From Gammaproteobacteria bacterium (GTDB lineage: Bacteria > Pseudomonadota > Gammaproteobacteria > G965277405), in contig OZ255726.1 in assembly GCA_965277405.1 (NCBI GenBank), positions 352,001 through 416,000 on the forward strand: a DNA stretch of 64,000 bases, in the 5' to 3' direction. Positions within the stretch are counted from its first letter, which is position 1. Every line of letters starts with the position of its first letter. Below, piece after piece: positions 42,573 to 52,707 of this stretch. The translations under genes and the position numbers were made by a program. The notes beneath the pieces are model-generated. The model was not told the origin of the DNA. It was given only the letters and a program-made list of their open reading frames with translations, and did not search any database.

Positions 42573-45113
42573 CTATTTTTCGTTCGAGACCCATTTGCTT
42601 TTTTTATAGAAGCAGCGCCATTTTGTTTGTTTGCCATCTTTTTGGCTGCTGAGGTATTGTTCGCCAATTTTGCGGCTGAAGCGAATCTCAGTCGGGTTGC
42701 CAGCTGGGTCAAATTTTGGCGCGGTGAAGAAGTATTGGTATTTTTCTTCAATTTTTACTTTATGGGGGATTAACTCCATCACTTGCACTGGGCGGGTCTC
42801 GCGATTTTTGGGAAATTTGCTTGCTGCAAGAAATAATCCTGCAGCACCATCACGCAGTAAATAAAAATCATCAACTTTTTTACACCGCAGTCCTTCCATA
42901 GGAATTGGTGTCATTTTCGGCGGCGCTGGCTGTCCATTGGCCAGCACTTTGCGTGTATTGCTACATGTTTCACTGGTGCAAGAAAAATACTTACCAAAAC
43001 GCCCGCTTTTCAGCTCCATTTCATTGGCGCATTTATCGCATTCAATAATGGATGCATCGCTACCTTTCACCACGAAATTGCCTGTCTCTTGCGTGACTCC
43101 ACTACAGTCTGGGTTGTTGGTGCAAATATGCAGCTGGGTTTTTGAGTCCACCAAAAAAGGAGCCATTGCTGTATTGCAAACTGGGCAGCGTTTGCGGTTA
43201 CGCTGTTCTTCGGCTTGCTGGGCTTCGTCAGCTATATCGACCATGTCACTGGCATCTGCAAGATTCATGGTGTTACTGCATTTATCGTCACCTTTTTCGC
43301 TATATCCAGAGCAGCTTAAAAACATCCCAGTAGCAGCAATGCGGATATTCATTACCCGTCCGCATTTTGCGCAGTTAATGGGAGTTGGCGTTGGTGCTTT
43401 TTCGCGCATCGCTGTTGTGCTTATACCGTCGGCATGTTCGAGTTGTTTGCCGAAATCAAGATAAAATTCGTCAAGGACCTTTATCCAGTCGATTGCACCT
43501 GTAGCAATAGCATCAAGTTTTTCTTCCATCGATGCGGTGAAGTTATAATTCATCAATTCGCTAAAGCTTTCACTGAGGCGGTCGACGACAACTTCACCAA
43601 TTTTTTCTGCACAAAAACTTTTGTTTTCTAGGCGAGCATAGCCCCTGTCTTGGATAGTTGAGATGATGGACGCATACGTAGAGGGTCGACCAATACCGCG
43701 CTTTTCTAACTCGCGCACCAAACCCGACTCACTAAAGCGTTGTGGTGGTTTGGTAAAGTGCTGTGATGGGTTGACTGTTTGCAGTTGCAATGTCGAGCCT
43801 TCTGTGAGCAATGGCAATGATTGTTGCTCGTCTTTCACTGGCCAGACTTTGGTAAAACCGTCAAACTCAAGCACACGTCCACGTGCTGTTAGACCAAATT
43901 TTGCTGCTGATACGTCTAACTTTGTGACTAAATGGCGTGCTGGTGTCATTTGTGATGAAACAAAGCGGCAGCGGATTAACTCATATAACTTTGCGGCTTG
44001 TTGGGTGACAGCATCCGGCGCTGTATTCGTTGCGTCAGTTGGGCGGATGGCTTCGTGTGCTTCTTGAGCATTGCCTTTAGATTTGTAATAGTTTGCTGAT
44101 TCAGGAAGATACGCCTTGCCATATTTGTCGTCGATAAAACCACGAACATCTGCAAGTGCTTGTTGGCTGACTGAGGTTGAGTCTGTACGCATATAGGTGA
44201 TGTGTCCAGCCTCGTACAGCCGTTGCGCCAGCATCATGGTTTGCTTAACCCCATACCCTAGCCGTGTGCTCGCGGCTTGCTGCAACGTGGAAGTAATGAA
44301 TGGTGGTGATGGTCGTGATTGTTTCGCGGTGCTCACGGCAGACTGCACAACATATTGCGCTTGTCGCAATGTCGCTACCACGGCAGCGCTTGCAGTTTGG
44401 TTGTTACACTTAAATTTTTTGCCGTCGGCGCTCGTCACATCAAATATGATTGGTGTGGTTTCTGCTTGCAAGGTTGCCTTAATCAACCAATATTCTTCAG
44501 CAACAAACGCTTGAATCTCGCGCTCGCGATCAACAATTAAACGCAATGCAACAGATTGGACTCGACCTGCAGACAGACCTCTGGCAACTTTCTTCCACAG
44601 CAATGGTGAGAGCTCAAAACCAACTATGCGGTCGAGAAATCGGCGGGTTTGTTGCGCGTCGACGCGTTTTTGGTCAACAATACCAAGGTTTTCAAACGCT
44701 TTGGTAATGGCAGGTTTAGTTATTTCATGGAAGGCAACACGAAAAAATGGCGCTTTGGTTGCACCTTCGATCACTTGTTGCAGATGCCATGCGATTGCCT
44801 CACCTTCTCTGTCTGGGTCAGTTGCAAGAATGATTTTTTCAGACTTTTTTGCTAGGATTTTGAGATCATTGACGACTTTTTCTTTACCTGGAATTATTGC
44901 ATAGTGGGCCTTCCAATTGTTATTCGGCTCAATCCCCATGCGGGTAAACTTTGTAGCTTTCTGCCCTTTTTTCAGCTTTTGTTGCCCAGCTTTGGGTAAA
45001 TCTCTAACGTGACCAATGCTAGAGCGCACCACAAAATTACGCCCAAGATATTTATTGATCGTTTTGGCTTTAGCTGGGGACTCAACTATGACTAGGGTGG
45101 ATGCTTGACTCAC
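42573..45113 (-). CDS. topA: DNA topoisomerase I
   Basis: LVIVESPAKAKTI, DPDREGEAI, SAGRVQS, ITYMRTDS, C-terminal zinc ribbons. Confidence 0.97.
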   Translation of the reverse strand: MSQASTLVIVESPAKAKTINKYLGRNFVVRSSIGHVRDLPKAGQQKLKKGQKATKFTRMGIEPNNNWKAHYAIIPGKEKVVNDLKILAKKSEKIILATDPDREGEAIAWHLQQVIEGATKAPFFRVAFHEITKPAITKAFENLGIVDQKRVDAQQTRRFLDRIVGFELSPLLWKKVARGLSAGRVQSVALRLIVDREREIQAFVAEEYWLIKATLQAETTPIIFDVTSADGKKFKCNNQTASAAVVATLRQAQYVVQSAVSTAKQSRPSPPFITSTLQQAASTRLGYGVKQTMMLAQRLYEAGHITYMRTDSTSVSQQALADVRGFIDDKYGKAYLPESANYYKSKGNAQEAHEAIRPTDATNTAPDAVTQQAAKLYELIRCRFVSSQMTPARHLVTKLDVSAAKFGLTARGRVLEFDGFTKVWPVKDEQQSLPLLTEGSTLQLQTVNPSQHFTKPPQRFSESGLVRELEKRGIGRPSTYASIISTIQDRGYARLENKSFCAEKIGEVVVDRLSESFSELMNYNFTASMEEKLDAIATGAIDWIKVLDEFYLDFGKQLEHADGISTTAMREKAPTPTPINCAKCGRVMNIRIAATGMFLSCSGYSEKGDDKCSNTMNLADASDMVDIADEAQQAEEQRNRKRCPVCNTAMAPFLVDSKTQLHICTNNPDCSGVTQETGNFVVKGSDASIIECDKCANEMELKSGRFGKYFSCTSETCSNTRKVLANGQPAPPKMTPIPMEGLRCKKVDDFYLLRDGAAGLFLAASKFPKNRETRPVQVMELIPHKVKIEEKYQYFFTAPKFDPAGNPTEIRFSRKIGEQYLSSQKDGKQTKWRCFYKKSKWVSNEK

Positions 45114-45346
45114 GCGAATACCGAGTTAAATAAAAAATAATTGTGCAGAATTTCCTTAGATTTTGTACATTATTGATTGGTGGCTGTCAACGAGGAGATG
45201 CATTTATTCAATTATCGATTGAACAAATAAGTGGCAACAGTACCATGCAAGCAGTTGATTTTTGTAGCCTATTAGCTTGCGGTGAATAGGTGTTTTGTCA
45301 ACGATGGCATAGCTCTTAATAGCGTATTTATTTCTTCTGAGGATAT

Positions 45347-46819
45347 ATGGACATTGTATTGATAGCACTTGTTGCTGGCTGCATAACCTTAGTAATATTG
45401 TTGGCAGTAGTATATACAACAGCAACAAACGCGGCTGCACAACATCACCGTCAAGCAGGCGAAACCCAGCAACAATTACAAGATTCCACGGATAAATTGC
45501 AGCTATTTCAAGCTGCTGAAACAACATTGCGCATACAGCTTTCACAATTGCAGCGCGACGTCGAACACGCATTGCGCCAACGCGACGAATACCGTGCCAA
45601 TATCGCAGCGCTACAAGAGAAATACGACAAAGTTTCGCAACACAATGCCGAATTGCAAAGTGATATCCAAAGCAATAATGTTTATCTGACGGCTGAACGC
45701 GACAAATTAACGGCTTTGCAGCAGCAATTTGAACAGCAAAAGCAACAGCTCAAAACAGAATTTAAGGTTATTTCTGAACAAATTTTATCTGAACGCCAAC
45801 GCGCCTTGCATGCGGATAACCAGCAAGGTGTTGGAGCGTTGCTCAAACCATTACAACAGCAAATCACTGGTTTTCAAGAACGGATAAATTCGATCCACAG
45901 CACCACTGTGCGTGAGAATAGCGAGCTGAAAAGTGAAATTAAAAAAGTAATGGATGTCGGCTTAAAAATGAGCGGAGATGCAACTAATTTAACCAAAGTA
46001 CTCAAAGGTGATTCGCAACAACGCGGTGCATGGGGTGAGGCACAACTCGAGCGCACCTTAGAGATGAGTGGTTTGGAAGTGGACGCACATTTTTCTAAAC
46101 ACACTGTGTTTCGCGACGCCGACAATCAGCGCAAAGTCACTGATTATTTAATCAAACTGCCAGGGAATAAACATATAATCATCGATAGCAAAGTATCGTT
46201 GCTTGCGTATGACAGAGCAATTGCAGCAACAACTGATGAGGCACGGTTTGCCGCAATGAATACACACGTCGCTGCAATAAAAAAGCACATTAACGATTTA
46301 GCCTCAAAGGAATATACAGACATTGCTGGCATCAACAGTCCCGACTACGTGTTGATGTTTTTACCGATTGAACCTGCGTACATCGAAGCGCTCAAGCATG
46401 ATAAACACTTGTTTAACTATGGCTATGAAAAAAACATTGTGTTGGTGTCGCACACCACATTGATCCCGATTCTGCGGACCATTGCCAACTTATGGGTGAT
46501 GGAAAAAAGCAGCGCAAAAGCTCATGAAATTAGCGACAGAGCTGGAGATATTTATAATGCAGTGGCTCGTGTTGTCGACCGCCTTGCCCTTCTCGGGAAT
46601 ACCTTGAATACAGTGAATAAGCACTACAGCGACACGGTAACATCACTCGCAGGACAGCAAGGGTTGATTGGTAAAGTAAAAAGTTTTCCGCAGTTTTCCA
46701 AACGAGCAACAAAAGAAATCAAAAAAATGCCAGCAATAGCCGCGGGTGATATTGTGGATAAGGTGCACCGACTCGAAGCTATTGCATTACCAGATGCCAG
46801 CGAGCCGCAACAGCAATAG
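45347..46819 (+). CDS. rmuC: DNA recombination protein RmuC
   Basis: N-terminal TM plus coiled coil, RGAWGE..LE..LE.SGL, IIDSKVSL, MFLPIEPA. Confidence 0.93.
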   Translation: MDIVLIALVAGCITLVILLAVVYTTATNAAAQHHRQAGETQQQLQDSTDKLQLFQAAETTLRIQLSQLQRDVEHALRQRDEYRANIAALQEKYDKVSQHNAELQSDIQSNNVYLTAERDKLTALQQQFEQQKQQLKTEFKVISEQILSERQRALHADNQQGVGALLKPLQQQITGFQERINSIHSTTVRENSELKSEIKKVMDVGLKMSGDATNLTKVLKGDSQQRGAWGEAQLERTLEMSGLEVDAHFSKHTVFRDADNQRKVTDYLIKLPGNKHIIIDSKVSLLAYDRAIAATTDEARFAAMNTHVAAIKKHINDLASKEYTDIAGINSPDYVLMFLPIEPAYIEALKHDKHLFNYGYEKNIVLVSHTTLIPILRTIANLWVMEKSSAKAHEISDRAGDIYNAVARVVDRLALLGNTLNTVNKHYSDTVTSLAGQQGLIGKVKSFPQFSKRATKEIKKMPAIAAGDIVDKVHRLEAIALPDASEPQQQ

Positions 46820-46850
46820 TCGCGCCGCTGGGGGTGATTTTTGTAATTAG

Positions 46851-47136
46851 GGAAGCTCTGATTAAGTCCATGACGGGCGAGACGGAGAAAAAACGCTGAT
46901 GATACTTAAGCGCAGTGCGCAGATAATACTGGTGGTATTATCAAGTGCTGCAACGACGTTAGCGCAGCGTTTTTTTCCGTCCTTCTGTTGAATATATGAT
47001 GGTTTGCTGCAATTACTGCGCTTGCTGTGTTGCATCCCTTGGCGTATATGCTACGGCATGCGCCTGCGGAATGCGCCTTGCAATCATCAGCAATTGCAGG
47101 CAAACTCGCTCCATCAGCGACTTAATCAGAGCTTCC
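46851..47136 (-). mobile_element. MITE family copy (full length)
   Basis: TIRs intact; TTAG duplication. Confidence 0.92.
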
Positions 47137-47255
47137 TTAGGTATTGCCGCAATTTTTTAAGACGATAGCCATACACAATAACGGCTGTATTGATATATGA
47201 TTCCATGAAAATTTAGCGAAACTCTGATCAACACTGTAATCACCTTGGACATACT

Positions 47256-47933
47256 ATGAATGCTGCATTGCCACGCCGCGCCACTGGCGTATTGTTTGAC
47301 ATGGATGGTATATTGCTCGATACAGAGGTAATCTATACCAAGGTCACGCAGGCGATTGTTAGTGATTTTGGCAAGACATTCGATTGGTCAATCAAAGCTG
47401 GGATGATCGGCAGACCACAGCGTGAATCAGCACAATATTTGATTGATACACTCAATTTGCCGATAACCGTAGCCGCATATTTATCAAAACGAAATAGTAA
47501 TATCATTGCATTATTTAAAGATACCGCTGCGCTGCCAGGGGCACAGCGCTTGGTTGAACACCTGCATCAAGCTGGTATCCCAATGGCAGTAGCGACGAGT
47601 TCTACTGAATACACATACTCCATCAAAACACAGCAGCATGCATGGTTTTCGCTGTTTGACGCAATAATCACAGGAGATAATCCCGCAATTGGCAAAGGCA
47701 AACCTGCACCAGATATATTTCTACTCGCGGCAAAAAATATTAACGTGGCCCCTGCTGATTGCTTGGTATTTGAAGATGCACCCTCTGGCCTGCAAGCTGG
47801 TATAAGTGCAGGGTGTCAAGTGGTTAGCATTCCAGATACCCATATGGATACAACTTTGTATACAAACTCAACAGAAATCCTGACCAGTATGACTGAGTTT
47901 TCACCACAGAAGTATGGATTGCCAGCGTATTGA
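47256..47933 (+). CDS. HAD-IA hydrolase (pseudouridine-5'-phosphatase/HDHD1-like)
   Basis: FDMDG.LLDTE, VATSS, GKPAPDIF, FEDAP.G, P..YGLP.Y. Confidence 0.85.
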   Translation: MNAALPRRATGVLFDMDGILLDTEVIYTKVTQAIVSDFGKTFDWSIKAGMIGRPQRESAQYLIDTLNLPITVAAYLSKRNSNIIALFKDTAALPGAQRLVEHLHQAGIPMAVATSSTEYTYSIKTQQHAWFSLFDAIITGDNPAIGKGKPAPDIFLLAAKNINVAPADCLVFEDAPSGLQAGISAGCQVVSIPDTHMDTTLYTNSTEILTSMTEFSPQKYGLPAY

Positions 47934-47941
47934 TGTGCATT

Positions 47942-48089
47942 ACAGCAAGACGGGAAATAACGCTGCGCTAACTTCGTTGCAGCACTTGGCAATACCCACA
48001 AGTCCCACCAGTATTAGCTGCGCACTGCGCTTAAGTTTCAGCAGCGTTTTTTCTCCGTCTCGCCCATCATGGATTTAATCAGAGCTTCC
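47942..48089 (+). mobile_element. Truncated MITE (right half)
   Basis: GACGGGAAATAACGCTG...GGATTTAATCAGAGCTTCC-TTAA. Confidence 0.82.
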
Positions 48090-48112
48090 TTAATCTCAAT
48101 AGTTTACATATA

Positions 48113-49053
48113 TTAGCGAATAAAATATTCGTAGCCAAAACTAAAAGAGACTTCAGTAATATTACCTGAATACAAGTTGTTTACTTCAACGCTGGTATTG
48201 TATGCAAACTGCAATATTACATTGCCTTGATAGATTTGGTATGTGGGAGAAATTGCCAAGCCAAACCCAGTCCCACCACTACTATTAACATTAATGTTAT
48301 TCCCTAACGTCCTAAATATACGTAATCGCACAGAAAGACTAACGGCTTTAGCTTGTAAAAAAATTAGGGTAGTGTGCAGCCCTACAAACGGTTGTTGGTC
48401 ATCAAAAAACTAAATTTTTTTGTGATTCAGAAGTATTGTTGATGATGACAACTGTAGAACCAAAACCGACTGAAACACCGACCTTAACTGAGCTATACCA
48501 GTTAAAATCTAAATGACCATATATGCGTGAGAAACGTATTTTACTATTTACCAGCACCGAATGAGTGTGTTGCGAATTAGTATACGTAATATTGCCAAAC
48601 TCATAGCCAATGGTTGTCAGCAGAGTATTGCTTAGTGGCTGGCGGAATTAAAGTTGCAATAATGGTGGAAACTCAGATGTAACTGTTGCCATATTATCTG
48701 TACTGGTTGTATCTTTTGCTTGTAAATCAAGTTGCGTTGGTTGTATCAGTATAGAAAATGAGTTAATAAAGCTGCTGTCATCAATGATGGTAGGTGTCGG
48801 AATTCCTTGTTTGTCAGTAAAAATTCTTTTGTCGAGTTCTGCAATATCAATCTCAGCAATGTAGTTAAACAACAATCGCGCGCTGGAAGGTCCTAACAAT
48901 GATCTGGTCTGAATCGCAGCGCTACCATCTGCAGCTTGTGTAACTATTCCTGAAGTTGTTCTTCCTGCAATCACTGACGTGTCTTTACCTATTGCATTTA
49001 GTGAAACAGCTGTATTTTGTTGACTAATAAACGGCTGTAGACTGCCAGTGTTC
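48113..49053 (-). pseudogene. Decayed outer-membrane beta-barrel-like gene, 5' end cut by a MITE
   Basis: The frame reads on past the TAA at 48648 (FRQPLSNTLLTTIGYEFGNITY...). A second frame ends ...SFSFGYEYFIR. AT-rich. Confidence 0.5.
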
Positions 49054-49057
49054 TTAG

Positions 49058-49348
49058 GGAAGCTCTGATTAAGACGCTGATGGAGCGAGTTTGATGGCAA
49101 TTGCTGATGATTGCAAGGCGCATTCCGCAGGCGCATGCCGTAGCATATACGCCCAGGGATGCAACACAGCAAGTACCGCTGCAGCAAACCGTTATATATT
49201 CAAAAGAAGGCTGGGAAAAAACGCTGCGCGCCGTCGTTGCAGCACTTGGCAACACCCACAAGATCACCAGTATTATCTGCGCACCGCGTCTAGTTATCAT
49301 CAGCGGTTTTTCACCGTCTCGCCCATCATGGACTTAATCAGAGCTTCC
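49058..49348 (+). mobile_element. MITE family copy (full length)
   Basis: TIRs intact; TTAG on the left and CTTAA on the right. Confidence 0.9.
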
Positions 49349-49388
49349 CTTAATAAAGTTTGCCTGCAATAATTCTCATTGATACAGA

Positions 49389-49415
49389 AAGGGGCGCTGC
49401 AGATGAGCACCCCTT
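49389..49415 (-). terminator. Probable terminator hairpin after the BCCT gene
   Basis: AAGGGGTGCT-CATCTGC-AGCGCCCCTT followed by TCTG on the minus strand. Confidence 0.5.
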
Positions 49416-49450
49416 GCCGATAAACTTGATAATTGATTCTCGAAAATATA

Positions 49451-51058
49451 TTATCCGTTTTGCTTACTTTCTTGATAGAGGCCAATAAAGACTGCCACCA
49501 TCATCCCCAGCAAGACGAATGTGAATGGTACTCCCGTCGCGACTGACGCTGCCTGCAAGGTTGCAAGTCCGCCTCCAAGAAGCAGCGCAATGGCAATCAG
49601 TCCTTCAAGTATGGCCCAAAAGACACGCTGAATAACGGGAGCATCGATTTTGCCACCTGCAGTGATGCCGTCAATAACCAGTGAACCAGAGTCGGATGAT
49701 GTGACAAAGAACACGATGACCAGAACGATGCCAATGAAGGACAGAATCTGCGTCATGGGATAAGCCTTTAGCATTTCGAACATTTTGACTTCCAGACCAG
49801 CATTGGTAATAGCCTCGTTGCCAGCATTGATGACCTGATCAATGGCGGCACCACCGAATGTTGACATCCACAGCACACTGACAATTGTAGGAATGATCAG
49901 GACGTAAACGACGAACTCTCGAACTGTCCGACCGCGTGAAACGCGCGCAATGAACATACCAACAAAAGGCGCCCAGGAAATCCACCAAGCCCAGTAAAAT
50001 ACAGTCCATCCCTGCATGAAGTTCTGATCCTCGCGACCAAACGGATTGGAGAGCGGCACAATTTCACGCATATAAGCGACGAGGTTCTCGGCAAATTCGG
50101 ACATTATGAAGACAGTGGGACCAAGCACGAAAATTGCAAACAGCAGCACAAAAGCCAGAATCATGTTGATTTGCGACAGTCGCTTAATACCAGCTTCCAG
50201 ACCAGCGACCACGGAAATAAGCGCAATCGCGGTGATCCCCAGGATCAACAAGACCTTCGCCGTCCCTGTAACTTCAATCCCAAACAAGAAGTTTAGACCA
50301 CCAAGAGCCTGTTCCGCCCCAAGACCAAGGGAGGTTGCCAACCCAAACAAAGTTGCAAAGACACCCAGTGTATCAATAATATGCCCTGGCCATCCCCAGA
50401 CACGTTCACCCAACAGAGGATAAAACGCAGACCTCAATGTCAATGGCAGACCACGGTTATAGCTGAAAAAGGCTAGAGCCAGTGCCACAACAGCATACAT
50501 TGCCCAAGGATGAAGACCCCAATGGAAGATACTCGCCGCCATGGCTAACTTGCGAGCTTCATCTTCATTGCCCACAGCGCCACCCAGCGGAGCCCAGTCC
50601 GTGCGCACCCCATTTTCAAAAGATATGCCGCCGAAAGAACTATTATAATGTGACAGAGGCTCGGACACTCCATAAAACATCAGTCCAATCCCCATACCAG
50701 CCGCAAACAGCATGGCAAACCAGGCAGCATAGGAGTAATCTGGGGCGGCATCCTTGCCTCCCAAGCGGACAGATCCCAACGGCGTTATCACCAACAGTAG
50801 TGAGAACAGGACGAACAGATTCGCCGCTGACAACAATACCCAGTCAAAAGAGTTCGTCATGGCGGGACGAAGCGAGCCAAAGAAAGCGCCTGTACTTTCT
50901 TTGAATACAAGCGTAACAATAACAAATGCTACGATAACGACTGCGGAGATGACAAAAATCGGATTGTGAATATCCAAGCCCATGAACTGGACGTTATCTT
51001 GTCCAACCTCATAGCCACCATCTGATTTATGAACCGCCGATCCTTTTTTTGCACTCAT
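49451..51058 (-). CDS. BCCT family (betaine/choline/carnitine) transporter
   Basis: WFAMLFAAGMGIGL.FYGV.EP, FHWG.H.WA.Y, WTVFYWAWW.SW.PFVG.FIAR.S.GRT, TSSDSG. Confidence 0.95.
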   Translation of the reverse strand: MSAKKGSAVHKSDGGYEVGQDNVQFMGLDIHNPIFVISAVVIVAFVIVTLVFKESTGAFFGSLRPAMTNSFDWVLLSAANLFVLFSLLLVITPLGSVRLGGKDAAPDYSYAAWFAMLFAAGMGIGLMFYGVSEPLSHYNSSFGGISFENGVRTDWAPLGGAVGNEDEARKLAMAASIFHWGLHPWAMYAVVALALAFFSYNRGLPLTLRSAFYPLLGERVWGWPGHIIDTLGVFATLFGLATSLGLGAEQALGGLNFLFGIEVTGTAKVLLILGITAIALISVVAGLEAGIKRLSQINMILAFVLLFAIFVLGPTVFIMSEFAENLVAYMREIVPLSNPFGREDQNFMQGWTVFYWAWWISWAPFVGMFIARVSRGRTVREFVVYVLIIPTIVSVLWMSTFGGAAIDQVINAGNEAITNAGLEVKMFEMLKAYPMTQILSFIGIVLVIVFFVTSSDSGSLVIDGITAGGKIDAPVIQRVFWAILEGLIAIALLLGGGLATLQAASVATGVPFTFVLLGMMVAVFIGLYQESKQNG

Positions 51059-51152
51059 CGTTTCCTCCAGAATGATTGATTGTCTAATTTGTTAAGCCGC
51101 TGACACGTTCTCACAGCAAAAGCTTCACCGTAGTCTGCTTGCGATACAGTTA

Positions 51153-51195
51153 ACTTTCGTTGCTCCACTTTCGTTGCTCCACTTTTCGTTGCTCC
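51153..51195. repeat. 3 x ~14-bp tandem repeat ACTTTCGTTGCTCC
   Basis: Read directly; lies upstream of the BCCT gene. Confidence 0.85.
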
Positions 51196-51341
51196 ACAAA
51201 TGCTTTTGTATTGACATAATTTTGGCATTATACACATCAGTTGCAAAAATCAACATAATTTGCGCCAAACAATACGACACAACAGTTCATTTGCGCCATA
51301 TTGCAGCCTGCCACTATTAAATATATTGTAGGGTCAGATAG

Positions 51342-51630
51342 GGAAGCTCTGATTAAGTCGCTGATAGAGCGAGTTTGCCTGCAATTGCTGATGATTGCAA
51401 GGCACTAAGCGCATGCCGTAGCATATACGCCAAGGGACGCAACACAGCGAGTACCGCTGCCGCAAACCCAAAGTATATTCAACAGATGAACGGGAAAAAA
51501 CGCTGCGCGCCGTCGTGGCAGCATTTGCCAACACCCACAAGAAGACCACCAGTATTATCTGCGCACTGAGTCTAGTTTTCAGCAGTGTTTGTTCTCCGTC
51601 TCGCCCATCATGGCCTTAATCAGAGTTTAC
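51342..51630 (+). mobile_element. MITE family copy overlapping the alr 3' end
   Basis: Left TIR intact; right TIR degenerate (GCCTTAATCAGAGTTTAC). Confidence 0.87.
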
Positions 51631-52696
51631 ATTGCTGTGGATCATGGATATACACGTATTCAACGCGTGTTCCCAAGCAGGCAAATAGCGTATTCACTAA
51701 GGTATTGGCCTGTATGGCAACTTGGGTAACAGCAATAGTATTTCCCCATAGCTCAACGCTATCTCCTATCGCTATTCTGTCGATATTGCTACAGTCAATG
51801 CTCAGCGTATCCATTGAAACCAGACCAATAATTGCAGCTATACCTTTGGCATGGGCGACAGATGCCCCAGTGATTTCTCTTGGATAGCCGTCACCGTAGC
51901 CACAGCCAACTGTGGCTACGACTGTGCGCCGCTGTGCTGTCCATGTTGCCCCATAGCCAACGCTCTCTCCTGCGTCGATTGTACGGATTGCAATTATTTT
52001 TGCATGGAGTGACATCACAGGCCGCAAATCAACACCCGCGTCATTCAGACAATGCGAGACCCCGTACAACATAATCCCTGGGCGGGTTGGCGCATTGCTA
52101 TCTGGCAACATTGCAGTCAAAATTGCTGCTGAGTTTGCTGTGCTGATGGGTAGGCCATATGCTTGCAATGATTCAATATGACGCAGTTGCATTGCATGGA
52201 ATGGATGCTCTGGTTTTTCAGAACAGGCAAAATGGGTAAATAGTCCGCTGACTTGAATATTATTATTGCTACATGTTTGCAATGCTGCTGGCACTGCTTC
52301 CAGTGAATAGCCGAGCCGATTCATTCCAGTTGATATTTTGAGCCAGATGGGTAAAAGCCCGCTGTTAGCATTGAGCAACGCCAATTGGAAATCGCTATTG
52401 ATTACCAGGGTAATAGCATGTTGATATGCTAGCTTTATTTCTTGTAGCGAAAATCCACCTTCTAAGGCTATCAGTGGTTGGCTAATACCTGCCGTGCGCA
52501 GCTCTACGGCTTCTGCAACTGTTGCAAGTGCAAAACCATCGGCAATATCTGCGATTGCTCGCGCACATTGGATTGCTCCATGTCCGTAGGCATTTGCTTT
52601 GAGTACCGCCCAAGCAGCAGTGCTTTGTTGTTGTTTAGCGACTAAATAATTATGCCGAATTGCTTGTATATTGATGTATGCATGTACTGTGCGCAT
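51620..52696 (-). CDS. alr: Alanine racemase
   Basis: AVLKANAYGHG, TGMNRLG, THFA, RPGIMLYG, GYGDGYPR, SMD. Confidence 0.95.
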   Translation of the reverse strand: MRTVHAYINIQAIRHNYLVAKQQQSTAAWAVLKANAYGHGAIQCARAIADIADGFALATVAEAVELRTAGISQPLIALEGGFSLQEIKLAYQHAITLVINSDFQLALLNANSGLLPIWLKISTGMNRLGYSLEAVPAALQTCSNNNIQVSGLFTHFACSEKPEHPFHAMQLRHIESLQAYGLPISTANSAAILTAMLPDSNAPTRPGIMLYGVSHCLNDAGVDLRPVMSLHAKIIAIRTIDAGESVGYGATWTAQRRTVVATVGCGYGDGYPREITGASVAHAKGIAAIIGLVSMDTLSIDCSNIDRIAIGDSVELWGNTIAVTQVAIQANTLVNTLFACLGTRVEYVYIHDPQQCKL

Positions 52697-52707
52697 AATG
52701 CGATGTG

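Noticed and set aside
42631-44904. Many 60-175 aa antisense ORFs over topA and other long genes
   Set aside because: Shadow ORFs of well-supported genes.
47217-47231. Possible extra degenerate TIR (CGAAACTCTGATCAA)
   Set aside because: Too short and too mismatched to call.
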